From sequence record MT661596.1: a stretch of DNA of 64,000 nucleotides; one strand, written 5' to 3'. The notes beneath the pieces are model-generated. The model did no database searches. It had not been told where the DNA came from and worked only from the letters and a program-made list of their open reading frames with translations. Shown in pieces: positions 7,966-17,840 of this stretch (the stretch's first letter is position 1; the number at the start of each line of letters is the position of its first letter). The translations under genes were made by a program, and so were the position numbers.

Positions 7966-9516
7966 ATGGGTGAAGCAGTTAAAGACACATCCCGTAAAAT
8001 GTCTATGGTGTTATACACCGATGGTGGGTGTAAACCTAGTCGTGGGATGGGTGGCTGGGGAGTCCATGGCTACACTTATCCCGTTGATGATAGCGAAGAT
8101 AAACGTAAGAAGAAGAAACCAGCTAAGGATGTTCCTTCTACGACAGGATACATTCAAAAGAATGACACTGATTTAGCTACTAGAGAAGTAGTACGCCCAG
8201 AAATGTATTATGACGCCTTCGGTGGATTCCCTGGAGAAGTCACTAACAACATAGCAGAGTTAACATCTACCATCAACGGCATCAAATTAGCCATTGAAGA
8301 AAATGTTAACTCTCTACAAGTTTGGAGTGATTCCAAATATGTTGGTGACGGATTGACAAAGTATCTTAATAAATGGATTAAGAATAACTGGGTTAAATCC
8401 GATGGTGGTGAAGTTGCTAATAAAGAACTCTGGGTTGAACTTAATAAAACATTACAGGATGCTAAATCCAATGGTCTTGACTTCCGCATCGACTGGGTAA
8501 AAGGTCATGATGGTGATTACGGAAATACCATGGCAGATTACATGGCTACCCGTGGCGTTATATTAAGTCGACAAGGAGACTCTAAACCCTACATCACTAA
8601 AACACCTGCTAGCGATTATGAGAAATACACGACGGATAAACCAAAGTTTATTTCGCATTCTCGTTGGTATTTTAACCTAAATGAAGACAATGCATTAATT
8701 GGTAAAAATGAGCATGGGTTCTACGAGTATTATTTTGGACACCCAAGCAAAACCGATTCCGACCAAGTCTATCTCGGGCAGGCACTTGCTGATACAGCGT
8801 ATAGCGTGGTTTGGTTGAAAGAACCTGAACCTTGCTTAGATTTGATTCATGCAAGAACAGCACAGATTGCAGAAAATGCATTTGGTAATCTCTTTATTGG
8901 TCGTTTGGACAATATCTATAATCGCTTTAACCACAAAGAGATTATGGATTACGGTGGACAGTTACTCACTAGAGCCGGTCCCCGCGATAACGACATCATA
9001 AATTGTACTAACTCATTGATTGTCCGTGAGTCCAACCCACCAAGAATTTCTTACCGTGCGGTTGAAAACTTAAAGATGTTAAATGAGTTCTTGTATAAAT
9101 GTATTAAAGGTGAGACAAGTAACCTTGTTACATTCATTGATATTACAGATAAAATCTATGATGAGGTTACTGACAAGAAAGGTAAAGTTAAACTTGAGTT
9201 AAACAAGAAGATTAAGCAGACAACTCGTGTTCTTAAGGTGAAAGCAAATTGCGCGTTCATTGGTAAAGATGTTGATGTTGATGTAACATGCACATTTGGA
9301 TTGGATATTCCTATTCGAAACACACTTAACGGGTTGACCGCCTCTAATCCAAAAGTTTACTTATTCATGGTTAAAGAATCTGATATCGCATTCCGGTATG
9401 GCACTATTGTGACTTCAGATGACGGTTATTCTATCATGGCTAATGTCTATGCTAACTTACGTATTTTGAGTAAGGGCGATTTAGAAAAGGCAGAGGCGAG
9501 TAAGAAAGCTAAGTAA
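7966..9516 (+). CDS. rnhA: ribonuclease HI with long C-terminal extension
   Basis: RNase H motifs LYTDGGC, TNNIAEL, VWSDSKY, NKELW, WVKGH..GN.MAD..A. Confidence 0.93.
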   Translation: MGEAVKDTSRKMSMVLYTDGGCKPSRGMGGWGVHGYTYPVDDSEDKRKKKKPAKDVPSTTGYIQKNDTDLATREVVRPEMYYDAFGGFPGEVTNNIAELTSTINGIKLAIEENVNSLQVWSDSKYVGDGLTKYLNKWIKNNWVKSDGGEVANKELWVELNKTLQDAKSNGLDFRIDWVKGHDGDYGNTMADYMATRGVILSRQGDSKPYITKTPASDYEKYTTDKPKFISHSRWYFNLNEDNALIGKNEHGFYEYYFGHPSKTDSDQVYLGQALADTAYSVVWLKEPEPCLDLIHARTAQIAENAFGNLFIGRLDNIYNRFNHKEIMDYGGQLLTRAGPRDNDIINCTNSLIVRESNPPRISYRAVENLKMLNEFLYKCIKGETSNLVTFIDITDKIYDEVTDKKGKVKLELNKKIKQTTRVLKVKANCAFIGKDVDVDVTCTFGLDIPIRNTLNGLTASNPKVYLFMVKESDIAFRYGTIVTSDDGYSIMANVYANLRILSKGDLEKAEASKKAK

Positions 9517-9523
9517 CTTAAGT

Positions 9524-9579
9524 CGGCATAACAGGAGCTCCTTTCGGGGGCTCCTTTTTATGCGCTATTTATTTTTTTT
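9524..9579. terminator. bidirectional terminator
   Basis: cggcataa + aggagctcc-tttcg-ggggctcct + ttttatgcg + T-run, between convergent genes. Confidence 0.85.
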
Positions 9580-10362
9580 TTACTTACTGAGTTCGGCAAT
9601 TGTGTTATTTAAAGCATTACCAGTTGTGATAGCCAGTGTTGTACAAACAGAGTACATATCAGCATGGCGAGCTGTTGCGAGAACTGTATCTGACAGACTT
9701 CTTAAAATAGGCTTAGAAAGCTCAAGGTGACCTTCAGTAATAGAACGCTGTAATGTATCAACTAAGTCGCTAAGACGTTGTATGCTAGCGTCCACGCCCG
9801 CTACGCTACCCTTTAAGAAATCACTGAAGATATTATCAACATCTCGACATGCATGTTCGAATTCATTCATGTTTGAAAACTTTGCACCAAAGGTCGATAC
9901 CTCTGTATCGCGGCCGCTCAACGCTTTACCAATAACACTCTCCATGCTAATTCGATATCCGTCTTTAGATAAAGGTGCTTGGGTTGAACCGGCTTTACCC
10001 GCTGCCAATAAAGCCATCCATTTAGTCACGTCAGGAATCGATTCTTTTTCAACAAAAGTCATATATACTTTGCAAGAAGACAACACCGGAATAAAGTCTT
10101 TATAAGACCCTTTCATACGGCGTGGTGTAAATACACGCTTTTCCATTAAAGTTGCATAATTGTTATTACGCAATAATTTGTTCATACCAGCGATATTAAT
10201 TTGAATAACTGGGGTCTTGTGACCTTCAATAACTGAGGCAATGTATTTCTTAGCACCCTCGAACAGTTTACCAATACTAGATTTACCATCAAAGTCTTCC
10301 ATACCTGCGTTATCAAACACAGTTTTACAATCTTGTTCTAAGTCCGAAAATGTGTACATCAT
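9580..10362 (-). CDS. probable head/inner-body protein with protease-cleavable propeptide
   Basis: N-terminal AGME motif fits the phiKZ-type S/A/G-X-E cleavage consensus; sits between RNase H and RecA as recalled for phiKZ gp153. Confidence 0.55.
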   Translation of the reverse strand: MMYTFSDLEQDCKTVFDNAGMEDFDGKSSIGKLFEGAKKYIASVIEGHKTPVIQINIAGMNKLLRNNNYATLMEKRVFTPRRMKGSYKDFIPVLSSCKVYMTFVEKESIPDVTKWMALLAAGKAGSTQAPLSKDGYRISMESVIGKALSGRDTEVSTFGAKFSNMNEFEHACRDVDNIFSDFLKGSVAGVDASIQRLSDLVDTLQRSITEGHLELSKPILRSLSDTVLATARHADMYSVCTTLAITTGNALNNTIAELSK

Positions 10363-10449
10363 TAGTGCTCCGTTTGCTGGATGTAATTATTAACATATAA
10401 TGACTTACTATGAAGGTTGTTATTTAATTAAGTAATAGGAAAAAATACA

Positions 10450-11850
10450 ATGTCAAGCATTATTCAGTTTGGTGAGTTCGTTGAACGTTCTGCTCCTATC
10501 CGCCCATTTCTTAATGTTGGTGCTGGTTTTGATATCCCAACAGGGTCTTACAAACTTGGCAAACACGGAGAGTCTATTTTAAATGGCGGTCTTGCGCCAT
10601 TCACAGCAATCGTTGGTAAAGGGAACACTTTTAAAACAGCTATTGCTTTATTCTGGATGATGCGAGTCATCCAGCGTTACGGTAACTCTAACGCATTACA
10701 CTACGATACAGAGTGTACATTTAGTCCAGACCGTATTAGTAACATTATTGACAGTATGCGTACCGGTGATATGGATGTCGACGCACTGATGGATACAGGA
10801 CGTGTATTTCTTACCGATGACTCCCGTATTAAAGGTAATAAGTGGTTTAAAAACACCATCCAAGATTATGCTGCGATGAAGAAAAAAGACCGTAAGGTCA
10901 TGGGTACGTTACCGTTCGTTGATAACAAAGGTAACTTTATTCCTTTCATGCAACCCACTGTTAATATCGGCGACTCTATGTCAGAAATGAAGTTTGATGA
11001 CTTAGAAGCAAACTACGCTAAGATGGAGATTGGTAAGGGCGAAATGCAAACCGAAGCTATGCGCGTGTCGAACGCAAAGCGTATGCTTATCGAAAAGATG
11101 CAAGGTTATTGTAATGCCGGCGCTATTTATGCAATTGTTACAGCTCACTTGGGTAAAGAGCTTAACATGGATGGTAAACCACAAGAGAAGAAAACCACCT
11201 TCATGAAACAGGGTGATAAAATCTCTAAAGTTCCTACTCAGATTCTTGGGCTACCTAATTCCGTATGGGAAATCTCTACAGGGTCTCCATTGATTCACCG
11301 TGAGTCTAAAGAGTGGTTGTACCCTAACGGTAATGATGTTGATACAAAAGGTAACCCTGATTTAATTACACTTATTGCTAAAAACTTGCGCGGTAAGAAC
11401 GGACCATCTGGTGTTCCTTTTGAATTTGTTATGTCACAGTCTCAAGGTTTGCTGGCGTCACTAACTGAATTCAACCATATCAAAAACTTTGGTCGTTATG
11501 GTTTAGGTGGCAATGACCGTAATTACTATGTTGAGTTATGCCCTGATGTGAAACTTATGCGAACAACTATCCGTGGTAAAATTGATGAACACGCAGAACT
11601 TCGTCGTGCTCTGGAAATCACCATGGAAATGTGTCAGATGACTTTCCTATGGCACAACCGTGACCCTAAATATAACATCACCCCTCTTGAACTTCGTGAA
11701 GGTCTTGAGAAGAAAGGTTATAAATGGGACCAGTTACTCAATACTCGCGGTTGGTGGTGCTACAATGAAGATGCCCACGAAAAACCATTCTTAAGTACCA
11801 TGGACTTACTTCGTATGTATCATGGCGAATATCACCCGTACTGGCTGTAA
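10450..11850 (+). CDS. uvsX: UvsX/RecA-like recombinase
   Basis: Walker A GKGNTFKT (UvsX-type FK[ST]), YDTE, GDSM, IVTAHL. Confidence 0.9.
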   Translation: MSSIIQFGEFVERSAPIRPFLNVGAGFDIPTGSYKLGKHGESILNGGLAPFTAIVGKGNTFKTAIALFWMMRVIQRYGNSNALHYDTECTFSPDRISNIIDSMRTGDMDVDALMDTGRVFLTDDSRIKGNKWFKNTIQDYAAMKKKDRKVMGTLPFVDNKGNFIPFMQPTVNIGDSMSEMKFDDLEANYAKMEIGKGEMQTEAMRVSNAKRMLIEKMQGYCNAGAIYAIVTAHLGKELNMDGKPQEKKTTFMKQGDKISKVPTQILGLPNSVWEISTGSPLIHRESKEWLYPNGNDVDTKGNPDLITLIAKNLRGKNGPSGVPFEFVMSQSQGLLASLTEFNHIKNFGRYGLGGNDRNYYVELCPDVKLMRTTIRGKIDEHAELRRALEITMEMCQMTFLWHNRDPKYNITPLELREGLEKKGYKWDQLLNTRGWWCYNEDAHEKPFLSTMDLLRMYHGEYHPYWL

Positions 11851-11859
11851 TGTTTAAAT

Positions 11860-11888
11860 GGAGGGGTTCGCCTCTCCTATTTATGCGG
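11860..11888 (+). terminator. hairpin terminator with TTTATGCG tail
   Basis: ggagggg-ttcg-cctctcc followed by tatttatgcgg. Confidence 0.75.
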
Positions 11889-11922
11889 TCTTTATGGATT
11901 CAGTATAATGGATAATTAAAAA

Positions 11923-12339
11923 ATGATTACTAAAGAGTTTAGAATCGTAGTTTCGAGCGTTAAAGGTTTTAATGATAAAGCTCGGTTACAACACGCGGTG
12001 AACTCATTGTTAGGCGATATATTTGCCATGAATGAGGAAACCACCTCTGACGACGACGAGATGATTGATGATTCTAAAATCCTTGTTATGGTTAATGGAG
12101 AACGTAATACCGCAGCAACGATGTTAGAAGATATCATTCCCGTTACTATAGACACCGAAATTATTAAAGTCGACTGGTCTAAAGGTAAGAAAGCCTTTTA
12201 TGATAACTGCTCTGTCCTTGGCGGTCGTGCAACACACGCTATTGTGTTCTGGGACGACAAAGATGAAGGTCAACGCAGTTTAATCAAAGCATGTCTAGAG
12301 AATGGCGCTAGAGTTCGTTTGTACCCCTCAGCTGTGTAG
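11923..12339 (+). CDS. degenerate SLOG/DUF2493-like protein
   Basis: RIVVSSVKGFND...VDWSKGKKA...AIVFWDDKDEGQRSLI parallels the SLOG domain of the next gene. Confidence 0.55.
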   Translation: MITKEFRIVVSSVKGFNDKARLQHAVNSLLGDIFAMNEETTSDDDEMIDDSKILVMVNGERNTAATMLEDIIPVTIDTEIIKVDWSKGKKAFYDNCSVLGGRATHAIVFWDDKDEGQRSLIKACLENGARVRLYPSAV

Positions 12340-13179
12340 GTGAGCACCATGATAAAGTCCGAAAGTAATATCAATGTATTTAACGCTAACACAACACATG
12401 TTACTTGCACTGTTAATTGCCAAGGACACATGGGTAGAGGTATTGCGTTATACATGCGTAAACGCGTCCCTGGTTTATACGAAGCTTATAAGCGTCAGGT
12501 AGAGTCTGGCGCATTAACAGTTGATAAGTTATGGATATATAAGAACTCATCTCCAGCGGTGCTGTGCTTCCCCACAAAAGATAAAACATGGGAGCCTAGC
12601 AAGTTGGAATGGGTGGAGAGCAATCTTAAAAAGTTACGTGATAACTATAAACAAATGGGTATAACTAGCATCGCTATACCGCCACTTGGTTGCTCTAATG
12701 GTAACCTTGAATGGGGTGATGTTAGAAAGCTTATTTATGATATTTTAAGCGATTGTGACCTAGAGGTTCATATCTGTCTTGGTGAACAAGGTATTCACCG
12801 TAAACTAAGAGTGCTTGTTGCAGGTAGTCGAACTATCACAAACTACAAGTTAACAGAAAACGCCATCGAATTAGCATTCTCTGGATTAAAACTAACAAAA
12901 GCAGAACGTGAAGATGTTGTGTTCATATCTGGTCTAGCGCTTGATGGCCCAGATAACCACGTTATTACTTATTGTCGTAAAAACGGTAATCGGTTAGAGG
13001 GTTACCCAGCCAAATGGAATGAACTCGGTAAACGTGCTGGTATGGTTCGTAATGCTGAGATGGCTAAGGTTATTAATTATGGTGTTGTTGTCTATGATGG
13101 TAAATCCAAAGGCACGAAGAACATGATTGAGTTGTTAAACAAACATGATATAGACAACTTTATTTACATAACCGATTAA
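12340..13179 (+). CDS. Macro domain (DarG/TARG1-like) fused to SLOG/DUF2493 domain
   Basis: TVNCQGHMGRGIA, FPTK, IAIPPLGCSNGNLEW (macro); VLVAGSRT, ISGLALDG, AGMVRNAEMA, YDGKSKGTKNMI (SLOG). Confidence 0.88.
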   Translation: MSTMIKSESNINVFNANTTHVTCTVNCQGHMGRGIALYMRKRVPGLYEAYKRQVESGALTVDKLWIYKNSSPAVLCFPTKDKTWEPSKLEWVESNLKKLRDNYKQMGITSIAIPPLGCSNGNLEWGDVRKLIYDILSDCDLEVHICLGEQGIHRKLRVLVAGSRTITNYKLTENAIELAFSGLKLTKAEREDVVFISGLALDGPDNHVITYCRKNGNRLEGYPAKWNELGKRAGMVRNAEMAKVINYGVVVYDGKSKGTKNMIELLNKHDIDNFIYITD

Positions 13180-13192
13180 TGAGGATGACTCG

Positions 13193-13861
13193 ATGAACCA
13201 AGCAAGACAAAAAACACAAGAGTACGTAATTAGTCGTATCTCTGAAATCATTCCTGGCAGTAAAAATAAAGCCATTTACGAAGACTTCTTCTCGCGTCTT
13301 AGCGATGAACAATTCGATAAGCTTATGGCACGCATGGAAGAAGATAATGAATGCTTTCCTTTCTACAATCCTAATTTCGCTAAAACACGTATAGACCTAG
13401 AGCATGTATTTAAACTTCTTGAAAAAGAAGGGGGTAAGGCAACTGAAAAGGTTTGGGTAACATCCCCATCAACAGGTGTTCGCCATTTAACACCTCTAGC
13501 TTACCCAATTCTTTATACGTCTATTCGTATACAGCAACAAAAACTACCAAAGAAAATGTCTATACCAAAAGACAATAACCATATTGACGATTTGACCAAC
13601 CAACCAACAACAGAGTCTAAAGGGTCTAGTTTGAGTTATCCTGAGATACAGATACTCTATGCAATGGGTCTGGACGTCAGTATGGAAGAGCTAATAAAAG
13701 CCCGTGGTGGTGATGAGGTTACTTTCCGTAATTACAATAATGAAATCATCAATACAGGCTCTGTTATGATGTCGGCTATCAGCTCCGGTCAGACCAAGGT
13801 TAAGTCAACAAAAACCGTGTCAACTATTCTAAAAGCAATGCACTTGGATAATAACCTATAG
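13193..13861 (+). CDS. virion RNA polymerase beta subunit, C-terminal part (phiKZ gp149-like)
   Basis: QQKLPKK...DDLTNQPTTESKGSSLSYPEIQILYAMG...EELIKARGGD aligns with the RpoB C-terminus ([25 protein letters not shown]). Confidence 0.88.
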   Translation: MNQARQKTQEYVISRISEIIPGSKNKAIYEDFFSRLSDEQFDKLMARMEEDNECFPFYNPNFAKTRIDLEHVFKLLEKEGGKATEKVWVTSPSTGVRHLTPLAYPILYTSIRIQQQKLPKKMSIPKDNNHIDDLTNQPTTESKGSSLSYPEIQILYAMGLDVSMEELIKARGGDEVTFRNYNNEIINTGSVMMSAISSGQTKVKSTKTVSTILKAMHLDNNL

Positions 13862-13869
13862 GTGTTCTT

Positions 13870-14418
13870 ATGTTTGTTAAACCTCAAACTCAGATTGGGT
13901 CACCAGAAGAAAATGCAATCAACGTCCTTGATAAGGTCGCGTTAAACGAAGTCAAAAACTTTATTGAAACCTACGTTCGTAGTCGTAAAGCCATCGCGAT
14001 GAGTATCGGTAACAAAAGCCCCGATGAGAAGCTTGACAGAATTACTGGATGGCTTATTAAAGTTTCTATGGATTATAACCCTGCTAGAATCTGGACGGCA
14101 GCTAATATTAAAGATGTTATCTGGAAAGACCTTCTCGATAATAGTGATGCGCTGGAGTTTGTTAATCGTGGGGCTAGTCATCTTGTCGTCACATCACTTC
14201 ACGATAAAGACGCTACGGATAAACTGATAAAAGCTATTAGTGATGGTATAACTTGTATGTGTGGGGATGATAGCATTTGTACAGATGCTGAGTTCAGAAG
14301 AACTGCCCCTGCTTTTCATGTGGTTAATAAAGCATTTAACTCAGACCGTTGGTTGTTGTTTGTTTATTACGTCATGCGTTTGGGTGCGTCTACATTTGTT
14401 GGGAGTGATAAGCAATGA
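13870..14418 (+). CDS. conserved jumbo-phage hypothetical protein
   Basis: 182-aa ORF in the operon after the vRNAP beta C-terminal subunit. Confidence 0.7.
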   Translation: MFVKPQTQIGSPEENAINVLDKVALNEVKNFIETYVRSRKAIAMSIGNKSPDEKLDRITGWLIKVSMDYNPARIWTAANIKDVIWKDLLDNSDALEFVNRGASHLVVTSLHDKDATDKLIKAISDGITCMCGDDSICTDAEFRRTAPAFHVVNKAFNSDRWLLFVYYVMRLGASTFVGSDKQ

Positions 14419-15179
14419 ATGACGGTATTAGAAAAACGTGCGTGTTAGTCTCGTTAGATGCGTTACTTGATACACGTATTGGGACAATTGACCGCATAGC
14501 GCCAAATGTTGGAAAGGAGATTGTGAAGGATTGGTATCACGAAAGAACTATTGATAGATTCGGTCGTGATGGCACTGAGCTAACCAATGATAAATACGAC
14601 GAGGCATATAAAAATAGAGATGTTGAAACTATTGGACACTCGATTATTACACAAGTCCCAATTTATCTAAATACGTTAGTGATGAAGTACAACATGATGT
14701 CTGGTATGCCGTTAGATGCAAAAGGCTACGAAGTACATGTCAATATCTATCCGTATGAATTATCTGAACGAGCTCAAGAAGACCTTATTAAGGTCATGGC
14801 TGAATATACAGGTCATTTACCTAATATAGAGATTGTCTCAATACATCCTGCCGAACTGACAGTTGCTGGTATTCGTAATCTTTACACGCACATTATCATG
14901 TATGACTTTAACGAGTGGTTAGCCTTACACGTTGATGAGTTTTCATCAGTACAGGTCCCTGGAACGATGTTCATCGTCCCAAGGCTGCACATGACGACAA
15001 CATCTGATGAAAAGTTAAAATTACTTAACAGCGCTGAATCACCGACAAAACAGTTTGATAGCGAAGCTGATGCTTTCGACTTAACAACAGTATCTATGGC
15101 GGTGTTCATGGGGTTAGTATTTGCTGATGTTCGTTTGTTCTCTTTTGTTACAGACACGCCCCCTAATTTAGATTGCTAA
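14415..15179 (+). CDS. conserved jumbo-phage protein, HAD-like motif lacking the first Asp
   Basis: LVSLDALLDTRIGT resembles HAD motif I; ATGA overlap with the upstream gene. Confidence 0.55.
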   Translation: MNDGIRKTCVLVSLDALLDTRIGTIDRIAPNVGKEIVKDWYHERTIDRFGRDGTELTNDKYDEAYKNRDVETIGHSIITQVPIYLNTLVMKYNMMSGMPLDAKGYEVHVNIYPYELSERAQEDLIKVMAEYTGHLPNIEIVSIHPAELTVAGIRNLYTHIIMYDFNEWLALHVDEFSSVQVPGTMFIVPRLHMTTTSDEKLKLLNSAESPTKQFDSEADAFDLTTVSMAVFMGLVFADVRLFSFVTDTPPNLDC

Positions 15180-15181
15180 TA

Positions 15182-15604
15182 TCACTTAGCTTTTACGACG
15201 TCTTCGTACTCTATATTTTCTGAGCCTTGTGCTGTTTCCCCTGGCGCAAATGTCGCTGGGGGAAGCGCGTCAAGTTTAGGCTCAGGTGCTGAAGCACGTC
15301 GTGCGGCTAATTCATCTTCAGTAAGCACTTGTGCACCACCGCCACCAAGTACACGTTCAATAATACTACCGATAAGCTGATTATGCTCTTCGTCACTTTG
15401 TTGAGATTGTTTCTCAAGGTCGAGACGTTGTTGTGCTAATACTGACTTATCAATATCGTTCATTAAATCTCTTGCGATGCGTAGTTGCTTATCATCGATT
15501 TTATCTGCTGATTTACCATCGACTATTTCTGTCGTTAATGCAACACGACGTTTCTGGGTAAACTGCAACATCGCTTGAGGGTCGTTTAAGTCAACGTTAC
15601 TCAT
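15182..15604 (-). CDS. hypothetical helical protein
   Basis: GGAG RBS before ATG at 15604 (track start 15685). Confidence 0.7.
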   Translation of the reverse strand: MSNVDLNDPQAMLQFTQKRRVALTTEIVDGKSADKIDDKQLRIARDLMNDIDKSVLAQQRLDLEKQSQQSDEEHNQLIGSIIERVLGGGGAQVLTEDELAARRASAPEPKLDALPPATFAPGETAQGSENIEYEDVVKAK

Positions 15605-15671
15605 GACTTGTTCTCCATAAATAATTAGACCTACATTATAAGAATGCAGTATAAACAAAAGGAATAAAATT

Positions 15672-16193
15672 ATGCGTTGGTACAAACGTTATGTTATCAA
15701 AAAACAATTAAATAATATCAATGCGGTAAGAGAAAAAGCAGAAAGCTATGAAGACACCATAAATGTTTTAAAGTTGTTGTCTAATTCGTTTCTTAGCGCA
15801 TTATCTATAAGATATCTTGATACAGCGGCTGCTGACACTAAATCGATATCATTACGAACTAATAACGTAGAATGTTTATTTTTGTTGATAGATGACATGG
15901 TAGACATTATGACAAGGGGTGTTACTATATCAGGTAACGAATTCAGTAATTATTTAGGGGAAGTTCAAACATTAAAACTTTACGACTGGTTTATTAGTAA
16001 TGACGGCTATATTGTCGATTACCAAGATACTCTTGAACAACTTAGTGAAAAATTAATATCCATTATAAACTACTTCTCCCAAGAAAACGACCCGAGTGAT
16101 GTTGATTATTACTCAAGAAAGTTTTATTTTATCTTTGATGAAATAACATCAATTATAATAGCAATCTTGGAGTGTAAGTTAGAAAGCCTTTGA
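15672..16193 (+). CDS. hypothetical protein
   Basis: 173-aa ORF, AAGGA RBS, CCTACATTAT promoter-like element upstream. Confidence 0.7.
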   Translation: MRWYKRYVIKKQLNNINAVREKAESYEDTINVLKLLSNSFLSALSIRYLDTAAADTKSISLRTNNVECLFLLIDDMVDIMTRGVTISGNEFSNYLGEVQTLKLYDWFISNDGYIVDYQDTLEQLSEKLISIINYFSQENDPSDVDYYSRKFYFIFDEITSIIIAILECKLESL

Positions 16194-16200
16194 GGTTCTA

Positions 16201-16644
16201 ATGTCTAATCTAAGAAAGAAACCAAAAGAGGTCGCGGTTGAATTACTTACAGACCCGACTAAAAAGATAAGAGAGGTATCCCATCCCCTTGTTGTGTTAT
16301 GGCGAAGGTTTTTAATATCCGAACGTGTCACACCATCTGTGTGGGTTCATCTCGTATCAAAGCATATTTTACGAAAACGAGCCCAAAAAGAAATGGACGC
16401 GCAGGCTATAGGAACTGAGCGGGGTAACTTAAGTAAGAAGTTTATCGAGAACGACTCAATGACATTTAACGTTATGTTAGAAGGTTTGAGGTTTCTTGGT
16501 AGTTTTTGTAAAATAGAAATTGTTATTCGGGGTTATAAAAAGGACGGTACGTTTATAGAACACTCTACGGTTGTTGATGAAGAGCGTCAGTTATTTAAAG
16601 CACCTTCAAAATCTTCAGATGATGAAGATGATGACGAAGAATGA
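16201..16644 (+). CDS. hypothetical protein with acidic tail
   Basis: 147-aa ORF, GAGG RBS, followed by a hairpin+T-run terminator. Confidence 0.7.
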   Translation: MSNLRKKPKEVAVELLTDPTKKIREVSHPLVVLWRRFLISERVTPSVWVHLVSKHILRKRAQKEMDAQAIGTERGNLSKKFIENDSMTFNVMLEGLRFLGSFCKIEIVIRGYKKDGTFIEHSTVVDEERQLFKAPSKSSDDEDDDEE

Positions 16645-16653
16645 TAATATAGA

Positions 16654-16689
16654 AGTCAGGGGTAATTCCCTGACTACTTTTTTTTTTTG
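16654..16689 (+). terminator. intrinsic terminator
   Basis: agtcaggg-gtaatt-ccctgact followed by a long T-run. Confidence 0.8.
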
Positions 16690-16705
16690 TCTCAGGAGGT
16701 AACTT

Positions 16706-17779
16706 GTGGCTGGTATTTTAGACTCTGTATCAAAATCAATGCAATCGGCTTCAGACCTTACTAATAACGCTGTGTCTAAGGCTGACTCAGTGTTCACGGG
16801 AGGTTTAAAAGAAAACCTAGCACTCATTGACTCTAGAACCAGAACAGGGATTGAAACACTTAACTCCTTTATGGATGAACAGTTAGGTGAGCTAGCCGGG
16901 CTAATAAAAAGCACCTCATCAGGTGCTGTGTTAATAAAAGACCTATCCCAGTTTATCGACATTAGGAATGGTTTCAAAGTTGACTACGCTGGATTATCCA
17001 GACGATTGGGTAAGGAATTTGGCTTCCCTGTTGATGCGGTAATGAATCTTGCTGATGATGTTAAAAAGGAGATACTTGACACCATTGAGGATTTCAAAAA
17101 TTTATCACTAGATAATGTCATGAACGCCTTGGGTAAAGAGATACCTATCCTTGGTGCCGGTTGGGATGCGGCAAGCACAGTAGCTGACCTTATCAATAAA
17201 TTCTCAGATGGTGATAATGACTTTAATGGGTTTATCGATGAGGCTTCTCAGATTGCCTTTTTGAATGTCATGGTTCGTAATGCTGTTGCTATCGGTATGT
17301 ATACAAGCCTGGAAGATTTCTTAAAGCAATACACTCGAAAAGAAATTGGTATTAATAACCTGGTAGAAAGTTCTCGTATTGCTGTTCGGAATGGTGATAT
17401 CAGAACAGTAAAGGAAATAAACAGATTAGCTGGAAAAGACAGGGTCTATGCTGTAAACCCTAATCTAGTTACTGAAATGTTAATGTTCTTTAGAATGCCA
17501 GGTAAAACAACTAAGGCAGATTGGGATGGGTATCTAGCTGATATTGAATCTGTGTTTGATGATATTAACCCTAACTGGATGGTTGTTAAATTCGGTAAGC
17601 ATACTACATTAAATCTTGCACCTTTTAACACTATATCGGACTCGGCAAGGATGATAATGCAGTATAAGGATAAATACCGTGAACCTATCATGCTTGGTGG
17701 TCTTTACTACAAGAAAGATTTATTATGGATGTTAAGGGAGCAATACCCTTATATGGCTGTTGTTCAAGCTGTTATGTAA
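16706..17779 (+). CDS. probable virion structural protein
   Basis: 357-aa ORF, AGGAGG RBS with GTG start. Confidence 0.6.
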   Translation: MAGILDSVSKSMQSASDLTNNAVSKADSVFTGGLKENLALIDSRTRTGIETLNSFMDEQLGELAGLIKSTSSGAVLIKDLSQFIDIRNGFKVDYAGLSRRLGKEFGFPVDAVMNLADDVKKEILDTIEDFKNLSLDNVMNALGKEIPILGAGWDAASTVADLINKFSDGDNDFNGFIDEASQIAFLNVMVRNAVAIGMYTSLEDFLKQYTRKEIGINNLVESSRIAVRNGDIRTVKEINRLAGKDRVYAVNPNLVTEMLMFFRMPGKTTKADWDGYLADIESVFDDINPNWMVVKFGKHTTLNLAPFNTISDSARMIMQYKDKYREPIMLGGLYYKKDLLWMLREQYPYMAVVQAVM

Positions 17780-17785
17780 TTAAAT

Positions 17786-17838
17786 CAACATAAGAGGTAG
17801 CCCAAACGGGCTACCCTTTATGCTGTATTTTTTTTTTT
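17786..17838. terminator. bidirectional terminator
   Basis: caacataa + ggtagccc-aaac-gggctacc + tttatgctg + T-run, between convergent genes. Confidence 0.8.
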
Positions 17839-17840
17839 GG

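Noticed and set aside
14415-15179. Active HAD phosphatase
   Set aside because: The motif I nucleophile Asp is replaced by Ser (SLDALLD) and the other HAD motifs are not evident
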